A stretch of DNA of 63,998 bases, the filler included, from Basidiobolus ranarum (Eukaryota): NCBI GenBank assembly GCA_040143965.1. It is 9 parts of 9 records of this genome, joined end to end, with 100 filler letters (N's around TTAATTAATTAA, not from the genome) between each part and the next. Parts side by side here need not be neighbours in the genome. Positions count along the whole stretch, not along the records: positions 36,126 to 43,241 come from JASJQH010008053.1; positions 43,342 to 50,454 come from JASJQH010008054.1; positions 50,555 to 57,662 come from JASJQH010008055.1; 6 more parts are not named here. The stretch is one strand, 5' to 3'. The notes below the pieces were generated by a model that was not told the origin of the DNA, ran no database searches, and saw only the letters and a program-made list of their open reading frames with translations. Position 1 is the first letter of the stretch, and each line of letters begins with the position of its first letter. A program made the position numbers and the translations under genes. Positions 38,556 through 51,279 of this stretch are shown piece after piece.

Positions 38556-41500
38556 ATTATTGATAAAGAAAGAAAGATGAGGAGGAGGTTTTCTACACTC
38601 AATAGCTACCACCAACTGGATCGTTTTATAGTCAGCAATGTCGGCCGGATCCAAAGTTCATCCAAGAATATTTTGCAAATTCTGTAGTTCCACAAAATTG
38701 ATTTGTAAATTACTGTACAAATATACTTTGAACATTTCCGGCTACATAGGCATTAAAGTTCGGTAATTGAGTAGCAAATTCAATTGAATCCCTTATAAAG
38801 TGGACTTTAAAATCAAATGGATTTCAAGAGAATATGGCAGGATGGTAACCAATCACTGTTACACGGGAGGTGCATTACATGTTTTTTCAAAACCATATTT
38901 ATTTAATTATTGTGAGCTACATCATCGATGGTGATTGGTCTGTCCTGGCAAATTGGTAACTGATGGCTCATTGAAATCTGGACAAGCACTCCTACCAATT
39001 CTATGCCTGATTTACTTTGCAAATGGTTTATCTCCTCGATCATCGAAACCCTCACTCACTAGGTTTGGTCATTCGCAGTTAATGATCCAAGGATGCAGTG
39101 ATTCGTCAAAGGGCCCATCTGTACGAAGCTCTGGTGATGAGTAGGGCAGTCCAGCTTTAATCATCAACAGGGCGTGCTTGACGTAATTGGCGTAAGGATA
39201 GACAATCTTCAGCCGCATCTTAATGAATGGTGTAGAGGCTTAACCTTTTGCCATAAGTGTATATGGTCGCTTGTATGAATAATGAATGAGGTAATCAGGG
39301 TTCTAGTGAGCAAACCTAGATTGCAGTTTTTGGTTAATTGGATCTAATGCTCACCTTATTCCAAATTCAGGGCTACATATATGAAGTCCCAATATAGTGT
39401 CGATCAATCAGTGGAATTGGGAAGACAACTACCGTAGCTGATGTTGCCAGTGTCACGATAGACATTCAATGACCTTGTTTCCAACATAAATGGCTTGTTA
39501 GGTCTCGAAACTGATCATAGATATGGCGCCCGAGATTGCCAACTTCAGCAAATCATTGGCGGTACACCAGGCAATACTCTACGCAATGATTTAGCGATAG
39601 TCGTTGCAGGCGGGAGATGATATAGTGGCATTGGGTGGTTCTCTCGTGACCCTCCAGCTGAGAAGGCTGTAACGATTGCCAAGTTTCAATCCTTCATCTC
39701 TGCGCTCTACATCCTGTTGACCATTGCCATGGCACTCATGCACTAAACCAAAGAAAGTATATTCCTTTCTGTGCTACTACTTTAAACATAAAAACCACTA
39801 CGACAACTTGGAAATCTCATTGCTGTCTCAGCCAAGGTCTCGGAATAGCCAACATATGAAGACAGCGCGAGCTTCGGGAGGGGCTGTGAGAAATGCTAGA
39901 TGCTTCAATATGTTTTGATAGTCAGCTGTTGCATCAAATTCTAATCTTAGCAACCAATCATTGGCCTGAAGCGGCATTGCCGATAGATTGGGACCATAGG
40001 CAGCCCTCAACTTGGAGTATCACATCTTATTAACAGTCATTAATGGAGGGATCTTGTTGGGCTGAGGGAAATTAAAGTGTATAGTATTTGAATGATTAAG
40101 CTCAGCTTTGCCACCAATTGGTTGCTTCTGGTGCTACAATGAAGTGCAAGCACGCACTTTATAATTCCTACAGCTCTTGAACACAGTGATCAAATCATAC
40201 ACACCTAGATGTAGATTGCGCACTGAAGCCAGACCTCGATCTAGGGGTTTCTTGGATGTGATGCCATTACGAGTAAAGAGGGGCTATCACTTGTTGCCGT
40301 TCTTCACAACGCAATTTGAATTTCTGGGGGAGTCGCCCGAAGGGATTTGGATCCTAGTCCGGTTGAAATACTAGTGCAAGAGTTGTTGTGGTTGAATGCA
40401 ATAAACCATTGAGACCAGTCACTTCTGGTTGAATTAAGAGATAATAGTTCTTAATTTGCACCTTATTGCATTCCCAATTCAGGATTGAATATTCTCACCT
40501 AACCGGCTCCAATTATGAGCTCGGCCAATCCATGCACACATTGCACAGCCCTAAAGGTGTAGAAATAATTCCTCTCCAACCTGTGCTAATTTGCGTCCTA
40601 TGAGCTTGTATTACATCTAACCACCTCTCCATTCCGGAAATCTTGGTCAATTTACCAGTTAAGCCTTCTACCACAGGAATTGTGCTCGCAATTAGAGTTT
40701 TCCCGGAGATCATTGGTGTACTCCATTTTCTTCTTGGGGTCATTTCAATTGTCATGTAGAAAATGTATTAAATCATCGATGGTTGTACTAAGTTTGTCTT
40801 GGTGGTACGATCTTGGTTGAACACCAAAGTGTCACTAATACTTGTGTCTTTGTTGATATTGGTTGAACATATCACCTCAATCCACCCCATCTATTTATCG
40901 AACTTAAGCACTAGTCCTACATCATTCAAAGCACAATATAATATGGAAATAGGTTGCAAGTGCCCGCTAGACAACCCGGAGGGTTCAGAGGGTTGGTAAT
41001 GAGTGTCTGTCTGGAAACATAAAACCTTCCTCGGGTGACTTTCTAATGTGTTCTCTAGCCATATTGTTGTTGTACACAGTCGATGGGCGTTTGGCCAAAT
41101 GTTTAATTCAATATTTACAAAAATAAGAGCGTCCTTCATTTGCTTCAATGCGACTGCATGGACAAATGTCACTTGAAAACAAAGGAACCATGAGATCCCA
41201 ACAAGTTGTACGTATATGCATTATTCCAATTTCACCAAGAAAATTCCTAATGATATACAAAGCAGGAAGAGCCAAGTGTTGATAGATAATTGGCATATAG
41301 ACGAGTAATCCATTTGCTAAGATATTCTTTTTTTTGTTAGAATTAAACAACAGACATAACATTGTGTTTATTCTATTACTCGGCTAATCTATGGTCATGT
41401 GATACCGGAATATGGTAAATTCTAGAGAGTTGGGGATGTAAGAAAGGCCCAATTTTAAAAAGAGCAAAGAATCTATGGTGAATGAGATTTTTCATTATGA

Positions 41501-41558
41501 TCGTTGACTTGTGATATACAAGGATTTGATTCTTGGAGAAACACGAGTGTTCACTGAC

Positions 41559-42644
41559 ATGTTAACTTATTTTGCTTGTATAAGAAGCTTCACATTGATC
41601 CGACCAACCATTCAATTAGCCAGTAGAAATATTCAGGGGAGACCAGTCAAAATACCACGCAGATATTTAACCAACACTGTCTTTCTAAGAAACACACCCG
41701 AGTTAAAGCCTCCTACCAATTCCACAAAAGTCCCTTCGAAAAAGAAAATAAACCCAAGTTTAAACGAATCAGGGGAGATTGTTAAAAAGCGTGGTTTTTG
41801 GAGCCAAGAAGAGACGGACTCACTACTTGATCTGGTTGAAAAGAATGATCGTAACTGGATATTGATCGCTGCGAATATACCTGGTCGTTCACCTACCCAA
41901 TGTGCTGCGCACTATTATCAAAAGTGGAACCCATCTTTTAAGAGTGGTCGTTGGACTGTTGAGGAGGTAGAGAAGCTGGTCGAACTAGTTAAGCAATATG
42001 GACCGAAATGGACGTTTTTCAGTAAAATCCTCAATCGATATCCTGCACAAATACGCTCACGGTGGATAAAATGTGATTCTCCAAATACTAAGGTACGAAA
42101 ATGGAGTTTAAAGGAGAAGGCGAAGCTTTTCTCGCTGGTCAGTAAGCATGGAGAAGACTGGGAGATGATACGTAAAGAATTTCCAAATTATTCTCTTAAT
42201 CAAGTCCGTAGAATATGGCAAGAAGAACTAGCTCCCGAAGTGAAGAAAGGTGTTTGGACAATAACTGAGGATAAAATCTTACGTGAACTCGTCTCCAAGA
42301 TGCCAAATCGCTGGGCAGAGATCTCAAAAGCCATACCTGGTAGAACCGCAGCTCAGTGCCGAACTTGGTGGATGCTCGCTTTAGATCCTGATATTAACTT
42401 CGAGCCTTGGACTTCTGAGGAGTTGGACATTTTAATGGAGGAGATCGCTATAAACGGCCGAAGTTGGAAAGCTATCTCTGATAAGTTGCCGGGAAGAAGT
42501 CAGCAACAGTGTCGTCAGCGGGCAAATATGTTGTTTAGCAAAGGGCTGGGCACCATATTTGTGAACCATTCGATAGGGCCATATGCTCGCTATGGCTGGT
42601 CAGATAGTAATGAGTTTGAGCAACGTTACGAAGACAAAGCTTGA
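41559..42644 (+). CDS. Intronless protein with five tandem Myb/SANT repeats and a mitochondrial-presequence-like N-terminus
   Basis: Five ~50-aa repeats of the W(S/T)xEE..L..LV...G..W..I....PGR...QC..RW type; first ATG at 41559. Confidence 0.85.
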   Translation: MLTYFACIRSFTLIRPTIQLASRNIQGRPVKIPRRYLTNTVFLRNTPELKPPTNSTKVPSKKKINPSLNESGEIVKKRGFWSQEETDSLLDLVEKNDRNWILIAANIPGRSPTQCAAHYYQKWNPSFKSGRWTVEEVEKLVELVKQYGPKWTFFSKILNRYPAQIRSRWIKCDSPNTKVRKWSLKEKAKLFSLVSKHGEDWEMIRKEFPNYSLNQVRRIWQEELAPEVKKGVWTITEDKILRELVSKMPNRWAEISKAIPGRTAAQCRTWWMLALDPDINFEPWTSEELDILMEEIAINGRSWKAISDKLPGRSQQQCRQRANMLFSKGLGTIFVNHSIGPYARYGWSDSNEFEQRYEDKA

Positions 42645-43241
42645 AAATCCTGCCAATGTACAGCCGGAAAACGGAATCGTTTTTAAAGCATAAGTCTCGT
42701 GTATTTTCATTCATTTTTGCTGAATATATTAGATTCATTCATCTTCTTCATAATACTACATTCTTTCACATGATTCATCCTCGTGTTGCCTCCAGATCTC
42801 GAGAGCATTGGGTTTTATTTTATTAAACAAGCAGCGTCTGAAATATTCTTTTTGGTCGGATATTCTTTAGCATGTAATCTTAAGATCCTACATGGATGTA
42901 CTCTATTGCTTGAATGATGATTAGAGAGCATCATCTGTCAATTACGTTGGATTTAAACACATCTACCATAATATTTGGTTTTCAAAAAGAGCTGTTAGGT
43001 CAATCATTTATTCGATAGTGGCGAAGTTATTTGTAAAAGTTCGCTGTATATCCTGGGATCAAATATTGTCAGAATATGACTTTACCCTAGCTTTTGTAGA
43101 AGAGTTCTAATGTCCGCTGAACGTTAATTTGGCGTAGGTGAACTTTACCTAGACTGGGAGAATATTCTCTTCTACTACATCCCAGGCGCCATCGGTGATG
43201 ATACACTGCAACCTTGCTACTAACTCCAAATGCCTCTTTTA

Positions 43242-43341
43242 NNNNNNNNNNNNNNNNNNNNNNNNNNNNNNNNNNNNNNNNNNNNTTAATTAATTAANNN
43301 NNNNNNNNNNNNNNNNNNNNNNNNNNNNNNNNNNNNNNNNN
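43242..43341. other. Artificial contig linker
   Basis: N44-TTAATTAATTAA-N44. Confidence 0.99.
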
Positions 43342-43453
43342 TTCATAGTAAACTATAAATAGGACATAATCAATTCAATAAAACTTAAGTGTCTAATTCA
43401 CAAATCCAAATCTTGCCAAAACACTTCCAAGTCCTCTAAACAATTTTATGACA
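43342..43453 (+). mobile_element. 3' portion of a copia-family LTR
   Basis: CTATAAATAGGACA...CAATTCAATAAAACT...TCTAA shared with 58395-58450 (+), 59585-59745 (-) and 61876-62030 (-); ends TTTTATGACA. Confidence 0.75.
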
Positions 43454-43799
43454 AACAGAACTCATGGCTCTCCAGCCCCCAACTAGTACTTTTCAAAGTG
43501 TTGAAATTAGCTACAAACCTAAAGGCAAGCAGAAGCCACACAAACACCACCAAACACCTTCAATAGTGTGACACTGCAAGTACATATAAAAATAGTAAAA
43601 TTGCTTGAGGAGCATTTCAAGAGTAAGAAGTGAAATACACAATGCAGGTATGAAGAAAGTAGCTAAAGAAGAACATTCAACTTGACATTCAGTGTGGTGT
43701 TGATCATGCAGATATCTGGGAAGTACTTAATACAGAGTGGCACAATATTACAGAGTATTTGCTACATAGCTGGAAGAACATTGATTCAGCAACATTATT

Positions 43800-46700
43800 A
43801 CAATGGTGAGCTTTGATGCAGATATTGATACATACTTTCATTGGATATGAGCTAAACCTTGAATATGAAGAACTCAATAAAGACATCAAGAGATTATATC
43901 AAAGAAACTAGGGATTTCAAGGATGGGAAATTAGCATTCAAGAGGTATATGTTTCAGATTTGAGTTACATTTTTTGCACATGTGTTGTTCCATAGTTTTC
44001 TAAGATTGTAGACAATCATGTTGCCACCATTGTGCCGGATCCTGAAACTTCACTCCTGAAACTGAAAAAATTGATTGAAACCAAATCTAACTTGACAATA
44101 TTATGATGGTAAGTAAACAGGCAATCTAATGTGGATTAAAATTTTGATGGTTTTTTTACCTAACAATCCTCAGATTTCTGCTAGGGGAATATCAGCCTAC
44201 AGATGGGGATGAGGATTTTGGCCTGCAAATACTTTCCTATTATATAATACAATAATACTGATTTCTTGATTTATTTCCACGAGAAGTCTGTCACGCAGCT
44301 TTCGTAGGAACACCATCAGATTATCAGAAGAACAAATTGGTCTGCGCTATAGGGGCACTTACTCTGTGCTCATTGATTGGAATTTGTCACTGATAGTGGA
44401 TTTTGGCAAGTTTCCATAAAGAATTCAGCCAATATATCCCCAACTTGCAGTCAACAAATGTCCTGCCACAAGTAGATGTGTCATTGCTTGAATAGATTAC
44501 CCCATGGCTAAAACAATAATACTGCGTATCTCCATCTATCTCACCAAGAAGTCTGTCTTGCAGCTTTCCTAAAAATACCATCAGATTATCACACAAGCAA
44601 ATTAGTCTAATTATAGAGGTACTTACTCTGTGTCCATGGATTGGGCTTTGTTGCTGCTATTGTGCTCAAACAATGCAAAAACCCATAAGCACATTCAAAA
44701 CAGCCCTTTATGATAAGGTTAATATACTATGGAGTCTCCTTAACCCATTTCATTGCATCCATCACTGATTTTGAGGATACATTGTTAATTGGATTGGCAT
44801 ATGATAGTACTGACAATTTCACATGGAGCTTCACTTCACCTTAGGTGCACTCCCCTAGGAAATCCCTGAGTTTATAGCAAGGGCCTGTAATCTCTAACAG
44901 TTGTAAAAGATGGAGCAGGGAATATATTGAATACTGGCATAAAGTCAGTCTAGCTTCTTTAAACCTGTAGTAAAGCTTTTCATATCCCCTTATAAATCTT
45001 TGCATAGTTGCTGTTGCTGCCTGAGATCTGCCATTGTGAGTTGATGCCATAAGAATATATTAATAATATTAACAAAGTACTCCCAATGTTGCCAATACTT
45101 AGCAGGGAGAAATTGTTTTCAGATTCCACCTAAATGTGTACATATCCAATACTTCCAGGCTTTGAATTTGAATAAGTGCCTAGATGAGTGGAAATTCATG
45201 GAAGTATTGGTAAGATAGGATGGTATCTTGATGTTTTAAAGCATTTTCCCAATCAATGTAACCTTTTATCCTATCTCATATGGCTCATTCATATTGGATA
45301 TCCAACTACATAGCTGGGTAAGTAGTATTGGATTGCTGTTTAATAGTAAGTGCGTAGTGCCTAATGGGAAGCTCTGGCCCCAGCTGATCCCCTATAGCAA
45401 CATATGATTAGGCTTATGGCTAATATCAAGTTTGATGTTATACTGACTATTCAGTGTATTGATAACAGTGATCATGTTGAAATCTGATCAGGCTCTTGCC
45501 AGTACAGTCATGGAGTTTAGTGTGGTATTTGGATAGTAATGATGCACATGTGTGATGGAGTAAACTTCATTGATTTGACAAAATCTACAGCCAGATAGTG
45601 CATTGTTCCTGCTAAAACCTCCAGGTATACTGATGCCAGGAGTGACACCAATGCATATAAAGATATTAGCATAGAAAATATTCACCTATGTGAACCCCAT
45701 TAGACAACTGTTCAAGTCCTACAATCAGAGCCTCTAAAAACCTATCTATAAGCACATGTGATTTTGGTCCAGTTGTGATGGATAGTATCAAACCCTAACA
45801 AAAATAAAATCAATTTGATTTGGATCAGTCCCACCCATCTGGATTGCAAAGCTGTCAGAAAACCATCACAATATTGGTGGCTTACATTCTGCCAGGGATT
45901 TTAATGGTTAGATGGTGGCTTCTTGACAGTATTTTGATGGTATTCATACTTGTTAAAATATTGATCCTCATACTTGGCATGAGTAATTGAATTTCCAGCA
46001 ATTTTGGCAAAAAAATAATTTAAAACGGCAAATTACTGGGTTCACTACTGTATAAATTTAAATTAGTATGCATGCTTTTATTTAGATATCTTTAGCTTTG
46101 TATTCCAGCCTTAATCAAAATCAAAAAATATAAAATGTTGTTATGTTTAGTCTCTACATATACATGTACTTGATTGATCAGACACAACTCAACAACCTCA
46201 ATATGCTTTTCTAGCAAGCTAATGGTGGAAAAATTGCTAAACTTCTGAAATTTTGAATAGCACTGACACTTGGCAAATAGCTGACTCTTATTACCATTCA
46301 CACTGAGTATAAGCTCTTGCTTTTTGGCAAATTTCTATAAAGAATTCAGCCAAAATATCCCCAACTTGCAGTCAACAAATGTCCTGCCACAAGTGGATGT
46401 GTCATTGCTTCAATAGATTACCTCAAGGCTAATACAATAATATTACATTTCTCAATCTTGCTCATCAAGAAGTCTTTCTTGCAGCTTTCCTAGAAATAAT
46501 GTCAGATTGTCATAGAAACAAATTAGTTCAAATTATATAGTGGTACTTACTCATTGTCCATGGACTGGGTTTTGTGGCTGTAATTGTGCTCAAACAATGG
46601 AAAAACTCAAGAGCACAATGAAAAGAGCCCTTTTTTGGAAGGCTACTATACTTTGAAGCCTCCTTACCCCATTGCACTACATCCATCACTGATTTTGCTA

Positions 46701-47420
46701 ATACATTGTTAATCAGATTAGCATATAGTAATACTTACAATTTCACACACAGCATTGTGTCACTAAAGGTGCACTCCATTGCAAACTCCCAGAATGTATA
46801 GTAAGGGCCAATGATTTTTAAGTATTGTGAAACATGGAGCAAGGAATATTGAAACCAGCATAGATTCAGTCTACCTTCTTCAAACCAGTGTGAATTTTTC
46901 TGTATCCAATTAAAAATTCTTTGCAGAGTTGCTGTATCTGCCAAGATCTGCCAATGTGAGTTGATGCCGTAAGAATATATCAACAATATCCACAAACAAT
47001 TTCCAATGTTGCCAATAGTCAGGCAGAATTCTCTTTATAATTCCACTTGAATATATGATAGTCCAATACTTCCAGTCTTTGCATATGAACAAATGTCTAG
47101 ATATGTGGATCTTGATGGGAGTCCTGGTAAAATATGGTGATATCTTGATGTATTCAAACACTCTCCCAATTGATTAAAACTTAGATCCTTTGTCAAATGG
47201 CTCACTCATATTAAACTTTACCCCATATAGCTGAGTCAGTAGTATTAGAATGTTGTTTAATAGTAAGTGCATGGTGCCTAATGGGAAGCTCTGGCTCCAG
47301 CTGATCACCTTTAGCAGTATGATTTTATGCTTTTGACTAATATCAGGTTTGATGTTAAACTGTCTATTTGGTGAGTTGATATCAGTGGGCATGTTGAAAT
47401 CTAACTGAGCTCCTAACAGT
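43800..47420 (-). mobile_element. Nested/tandem degenerate CACTA (En/Spm Tnp2-like) transposase copies
   Basis: Two collinear copies (~44400-45500 and ~46320-47420) with LGTMHLLLNN, WKYW, YWQHW(K/E)xFV, LLHV...IIGPYYTFWEFAME and GCRFCQING-like motifs; many stops and frameshifts. The 43800-44200 part is the repeat shared with 21.7-22.0 kb. Confidence 0.65.
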
Positions 47421-47429
47421 ATATTTATG

Positions 47430-48414
47430 GAGTATGGTATACAAGGACCTTTGGGGATTTGTTACAGGAGAAGAAATAGAGCCACAGGGACCACCAGAAG
47501 CTATCCTTGCCTTTCACAGGAAGCGGAGGAAAGCACTCTCTACACTTTGTCCACATGGTAGAGACTCTCAAATGCAGCACATACACTCAGCCCAAACACC
47601 AATCTGCTTGGGAAATACTTGAGGCACTATATGAGACCAAATGTCTGGCTAATAGGCAATATCTTAGATGAAAATGATTCTCAATTCAGATTCCAAATAT
47701 TCTATAGCCAATCATTTAAATCAGATATAAGCTATGACAGATCAGCTCTCATGCATTGGAGCATCTCTAAAAGAAGATGCCTGAGTCATTACAGTACTTA
47801 GGACCCTGCCAGATGAGTTTTGGAGCCACGTATTTGCCCTAGAATCAAAAACAGAGCCATTAGCAATGGAATATGATGGTGCTGGGCTTTTGAATGTGGA
47901 ATTAAGCAGATTTAATACCCTGCAAAATAATGCAGATCAGGCAATTTTTGGAGATGTTAAAGTATGCTCCTAACTTCAAATCAATCATCTTCAAGTATTG
48001 CAAGAAATCAGGCTATTTAATCAAAGTTTTGAGAAAAAGAGTTTTTGTTAAATAGTTAAAGTAAAATAAGCAAATCAAGTAAGCACTGTGAGGGACTACA
48101 TACCTGTGTCTGTCCTATCAGCAACCACTAAGGAAGACTCAGAAACATGGTACATTAATTCAGCTTCCCAGCATATGTTAAACAAAAAAGATTGGTTTTC
48201 CAGCTTAAAACCCATCTAAACAAGAGATGTCTATTTAGGTAAGGACTATGCTCTCTATGCAGTTGGCAAGGGCACAGTTGTGCTCCATTTAGACCAAAAT
48301 TCAGCTACACCATCTGCAAAATTGGATGATATATACTATATACCAAATATAACTAACAATCTGCTCTCAGTAAACTAAGCAACAGCTCAAGGACTACATT
48401 TTGAAAAGAAAACG
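47430..48414 (+). mobile_element. Ty1/copia gag-protease relic
   Basis: KDLWGFVTGEEIEP gag N-terminus, decayed zinc knuckle, ETWYINSASQHM protease-like motif; homologous to 60.9-61.8 kb (-). Confidence 0.75.
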
Positions 48415-48415
48415 T

Positions 48416-50454
48416 TCACCCAGTTGTTTGTCTTCTATCATCTAGGTTTCTTCCCCAGTCTGCATCACTGTAGCCTTCAAAATTGTTTTCATCAGGAGTG
48501 GCAGAGTATACCAGAACTAGATCAACAGTTCCTCTCAAATACCTGAGTATTTGTTTTACTGCCATTTTGTGCTCAGAACCTGGATTTTTGAGATATTGGC
48601 TTACAGTACTCACTGCCACAGCATTTTAGGATGTCTAGCATTTATCTAGACTGATGCAGCATGATTTTCTGATAGGGTTATCTCTCTTGAATTGGATTTC
48701 AAGAAAATAACTTGATTCACCCACATCAGTCATCTTTAATTGGTTTAATAAGCTGCATTTCATCTGATCAAGTGATACTAGATCATTTGTGGCTATGATC
48801 AAGTCATTCACATATAGTGCCAAGATAAGGATCCTATTTCTGGTTGTTTTGATGTAAATAGTGAGAACTGCTGTGCATCTTTGGAATTCCAGTATTTCAA
48901 AATAGATTTTAATCTTGTTGTACCAAGCCCTGGGTGCTTGCTTGAGTCCATACAGCAAGTTTTGCGGCATACAGGCCATATCAGGATGTTTTGGGTCAAC
49001 AAACCCATCTGGTTGCCCCATATAGAACTCTTCTTGTAGATTTCAATTGAGAAAGTCTTTTTACATCCATTTCATGCAAGTCAAGATTATGGATGGCTGA
49101 GAGTGCTAAAATTTATCTAATTGGGCTAAACTAAGCAACTGGAACAAAAATTTCATTAAAGTCAACTCCTGCAGTCTGGGAATAACCTTTTGCTACTAAT
49201 CTTACTTTGTATCTTTCTAAGGTCTTAGCAGTTTGGTTTTTGACTTTGTAGACATATTTGCAACTTATTGGCCTTCTCCCTGATGGTACAGGACTTCAAA
49301 CCCATGTTTTATTGTCCTGAAGCAAAGAAAACTCATCAGACATTGCTCTTTCCCATATTTTGATTCTGGACACTCCAGAGCTTGATCTAGAGTCTGAGGC
49401 TTATAACAGAATGCTGCATAAGCATGTACATCATCATTGGAACTGTTTCTCCAGTTGCTAGGCTTATTTCTCCTTCTGGATGATCTTTTGGGTCTTGAAT
49501 CATCCACTGATGTAATTGGGACTAGACTTTTAGCTGAATTGGGCTCAGATACAGCTGAAATCTTGTCAGACACTTCCAGAATAGTGATGATCTTGTTTTC
49601 TCAATCATGGACTGTGATCTGAGGTGAAAAATTTGCTTTTTTATATAACTCCCATCTCTGCATCTCACTAACTTCTGATTTTTGGTATCAAACAGTTGGT
49701 AGGCCTTAGATCCACCACAGTAACCAAGGAATATGCATTTTGTGCTTTTGGGTTCCAATTTGGAGCATTTGTAAGCTGCATTTAGGTAGCATGCTGTACA
49801 ACCAAAGATACTGAGATGATCTACACTTGGTTTTGTTCATATAGGGCTTCAAATGGAGTAGATATTTGGAGCAATATTGTGGGGCATTTGTTTTTAGTAT
49901 AGACTACAGTGGAGATTGAATCAGCCCAATGTTGGTAAACCAACTTATGATCATGTAACATTGATCTTGTCATCTCCACAATGGTCGAATTAGCATGTTC
50001 TGCAACTCCATTTTGATGTGGAGCATAAGGTGCAGCAGTTTGTTGTTTGATTCCATGTTCAGTACAAAAACTAGCATAGTCTTTAGAGCAGTATTTTCCA
50101 CCATCATCACTCCCTATTACCCTTAATTTTTGTGCTAATGCTTTCTCTACCATTGCTTTTTAGTGCTTGTATGTAGCAAAGGCTTCAGTTTTTAATTTGA
50201 GAAAGAATACCCAAGTATATCTTGTTTTGTCATCAATATAGGGCACACAGTACCTTTTCCCAACTAATAAGACATTTTTCATGGGCCCACATAGGTCAGA
50301 ATGAATCACGGCAGGACTGTGAGTGGATTTGATCTCACCAGAGCTTGAAAACAGCTGTCTGTGTTGTTTTCCATATTTTCAACCTTCTCACAGATCCAAT
50401 TTAGTATTATTTTCAATTTCTAAGCCTAAAACAAGCTGATTTTTGATCATCTGA
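48416..50454 (-). mobile_element. Ty1/copia integrase-RT relic
   Basis: HSDLCGPM, QNGVAEHANSTIVEMTRSML, KCIFLGY, YGLKQAPRAW, LYVNDLII and GYSDADWG in copia order (INT before RT); interrupted by stops. Confidence 0.93.
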
Positions 50455-50554
50455 NNNNNNNNNNNNNNNNNNNNNNNNNNNNNNNNNNNNNNNNNNNNTT
50501 AATTAATTAANNNNNNNNNNNNNNNNNNNNNNNNNNNNNNNNNNNNNNNNNNNN
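50455..50554. other. Artificial contig linker
   Basis: N44-TTAATTAATTAA-N44. Confidence 0.99.
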
Positions 50555-51279
50555 CAACCGGTCGCTAAATTGTTTTAAATGTGGGTGAGATGCTTATGTC
50601 GCTAGAATACACCTAAACCTACGTGGATACACCAGCGGCGCTCATTACTCTGTTGATAATAGTGGGAGGAGCGATAATGTCTTTGAGCGCATTTGGCTCG
50701 GTAGTGAGAGGATAACCGTAGTCCATCATTTCCTCCAAGAGCTAAGAGAGAATAAGAATACAAAGGAATCGGGTAACAATAGCGAAAGAAAGAAGCGGCT
50801 ACCTGATACACAGTGACGAAGTTATCTTTGATAATCGTCTCCGATACCTCGTCAAAGTACTCCACCAACAAATCCACCACACGGTGTAAGAATTCCAATA
50901 CCAATAATGGCTCGACTACGAATATGAGTAATAAGTTAATCCGCTTTCTGGAGCAATTCTTTTGCACACGAACCTTCCGCTGAAACAGTAGTCAAAAAAG
51001 TAAGGGAATCTCGATAAATTTGGACATACTTCCCTTGAGGTGTATCGATAATCGGTAATACCTCCTCTTGGGGCATGCCTTTAGTTACATTTAAGTAATA
51101 ATCCACCACTGAACGACTTACTACTCCACGCCAGTGCTTCTCGATGATGATTTTTCTACCAGATTTGAAGTTAGAAAAGGAATTAATGGTGGACAATTCG
51201 TTCATAGAAAGCATTAAACCGTCAGATAACAACGCTATAAGTACCCAGTGGAATTCAACACAAACAAGCTGCTTATCAT
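50555..51279 (-). CDS. APM3: AP-3 adaptor complex mu subunit, 3' truncated
   Basis: Spliced MISSLFVLNSTG-KIIIEKHWR...EPLLVLEFLHRVVD...IIKDNFVTVYQ-LLEEMMDYGYPLTTEPNALKDIIAPP, typical of mu3. Confidence 0.9.

Noticed and set aside
51158-51245. AP-3 mu intron 1 with a TTCCTTTTCTAAC branch region resembling U12
   Set aside because: The donor is GTACTT, not GTATCC; best read as an ordinary U2 intron
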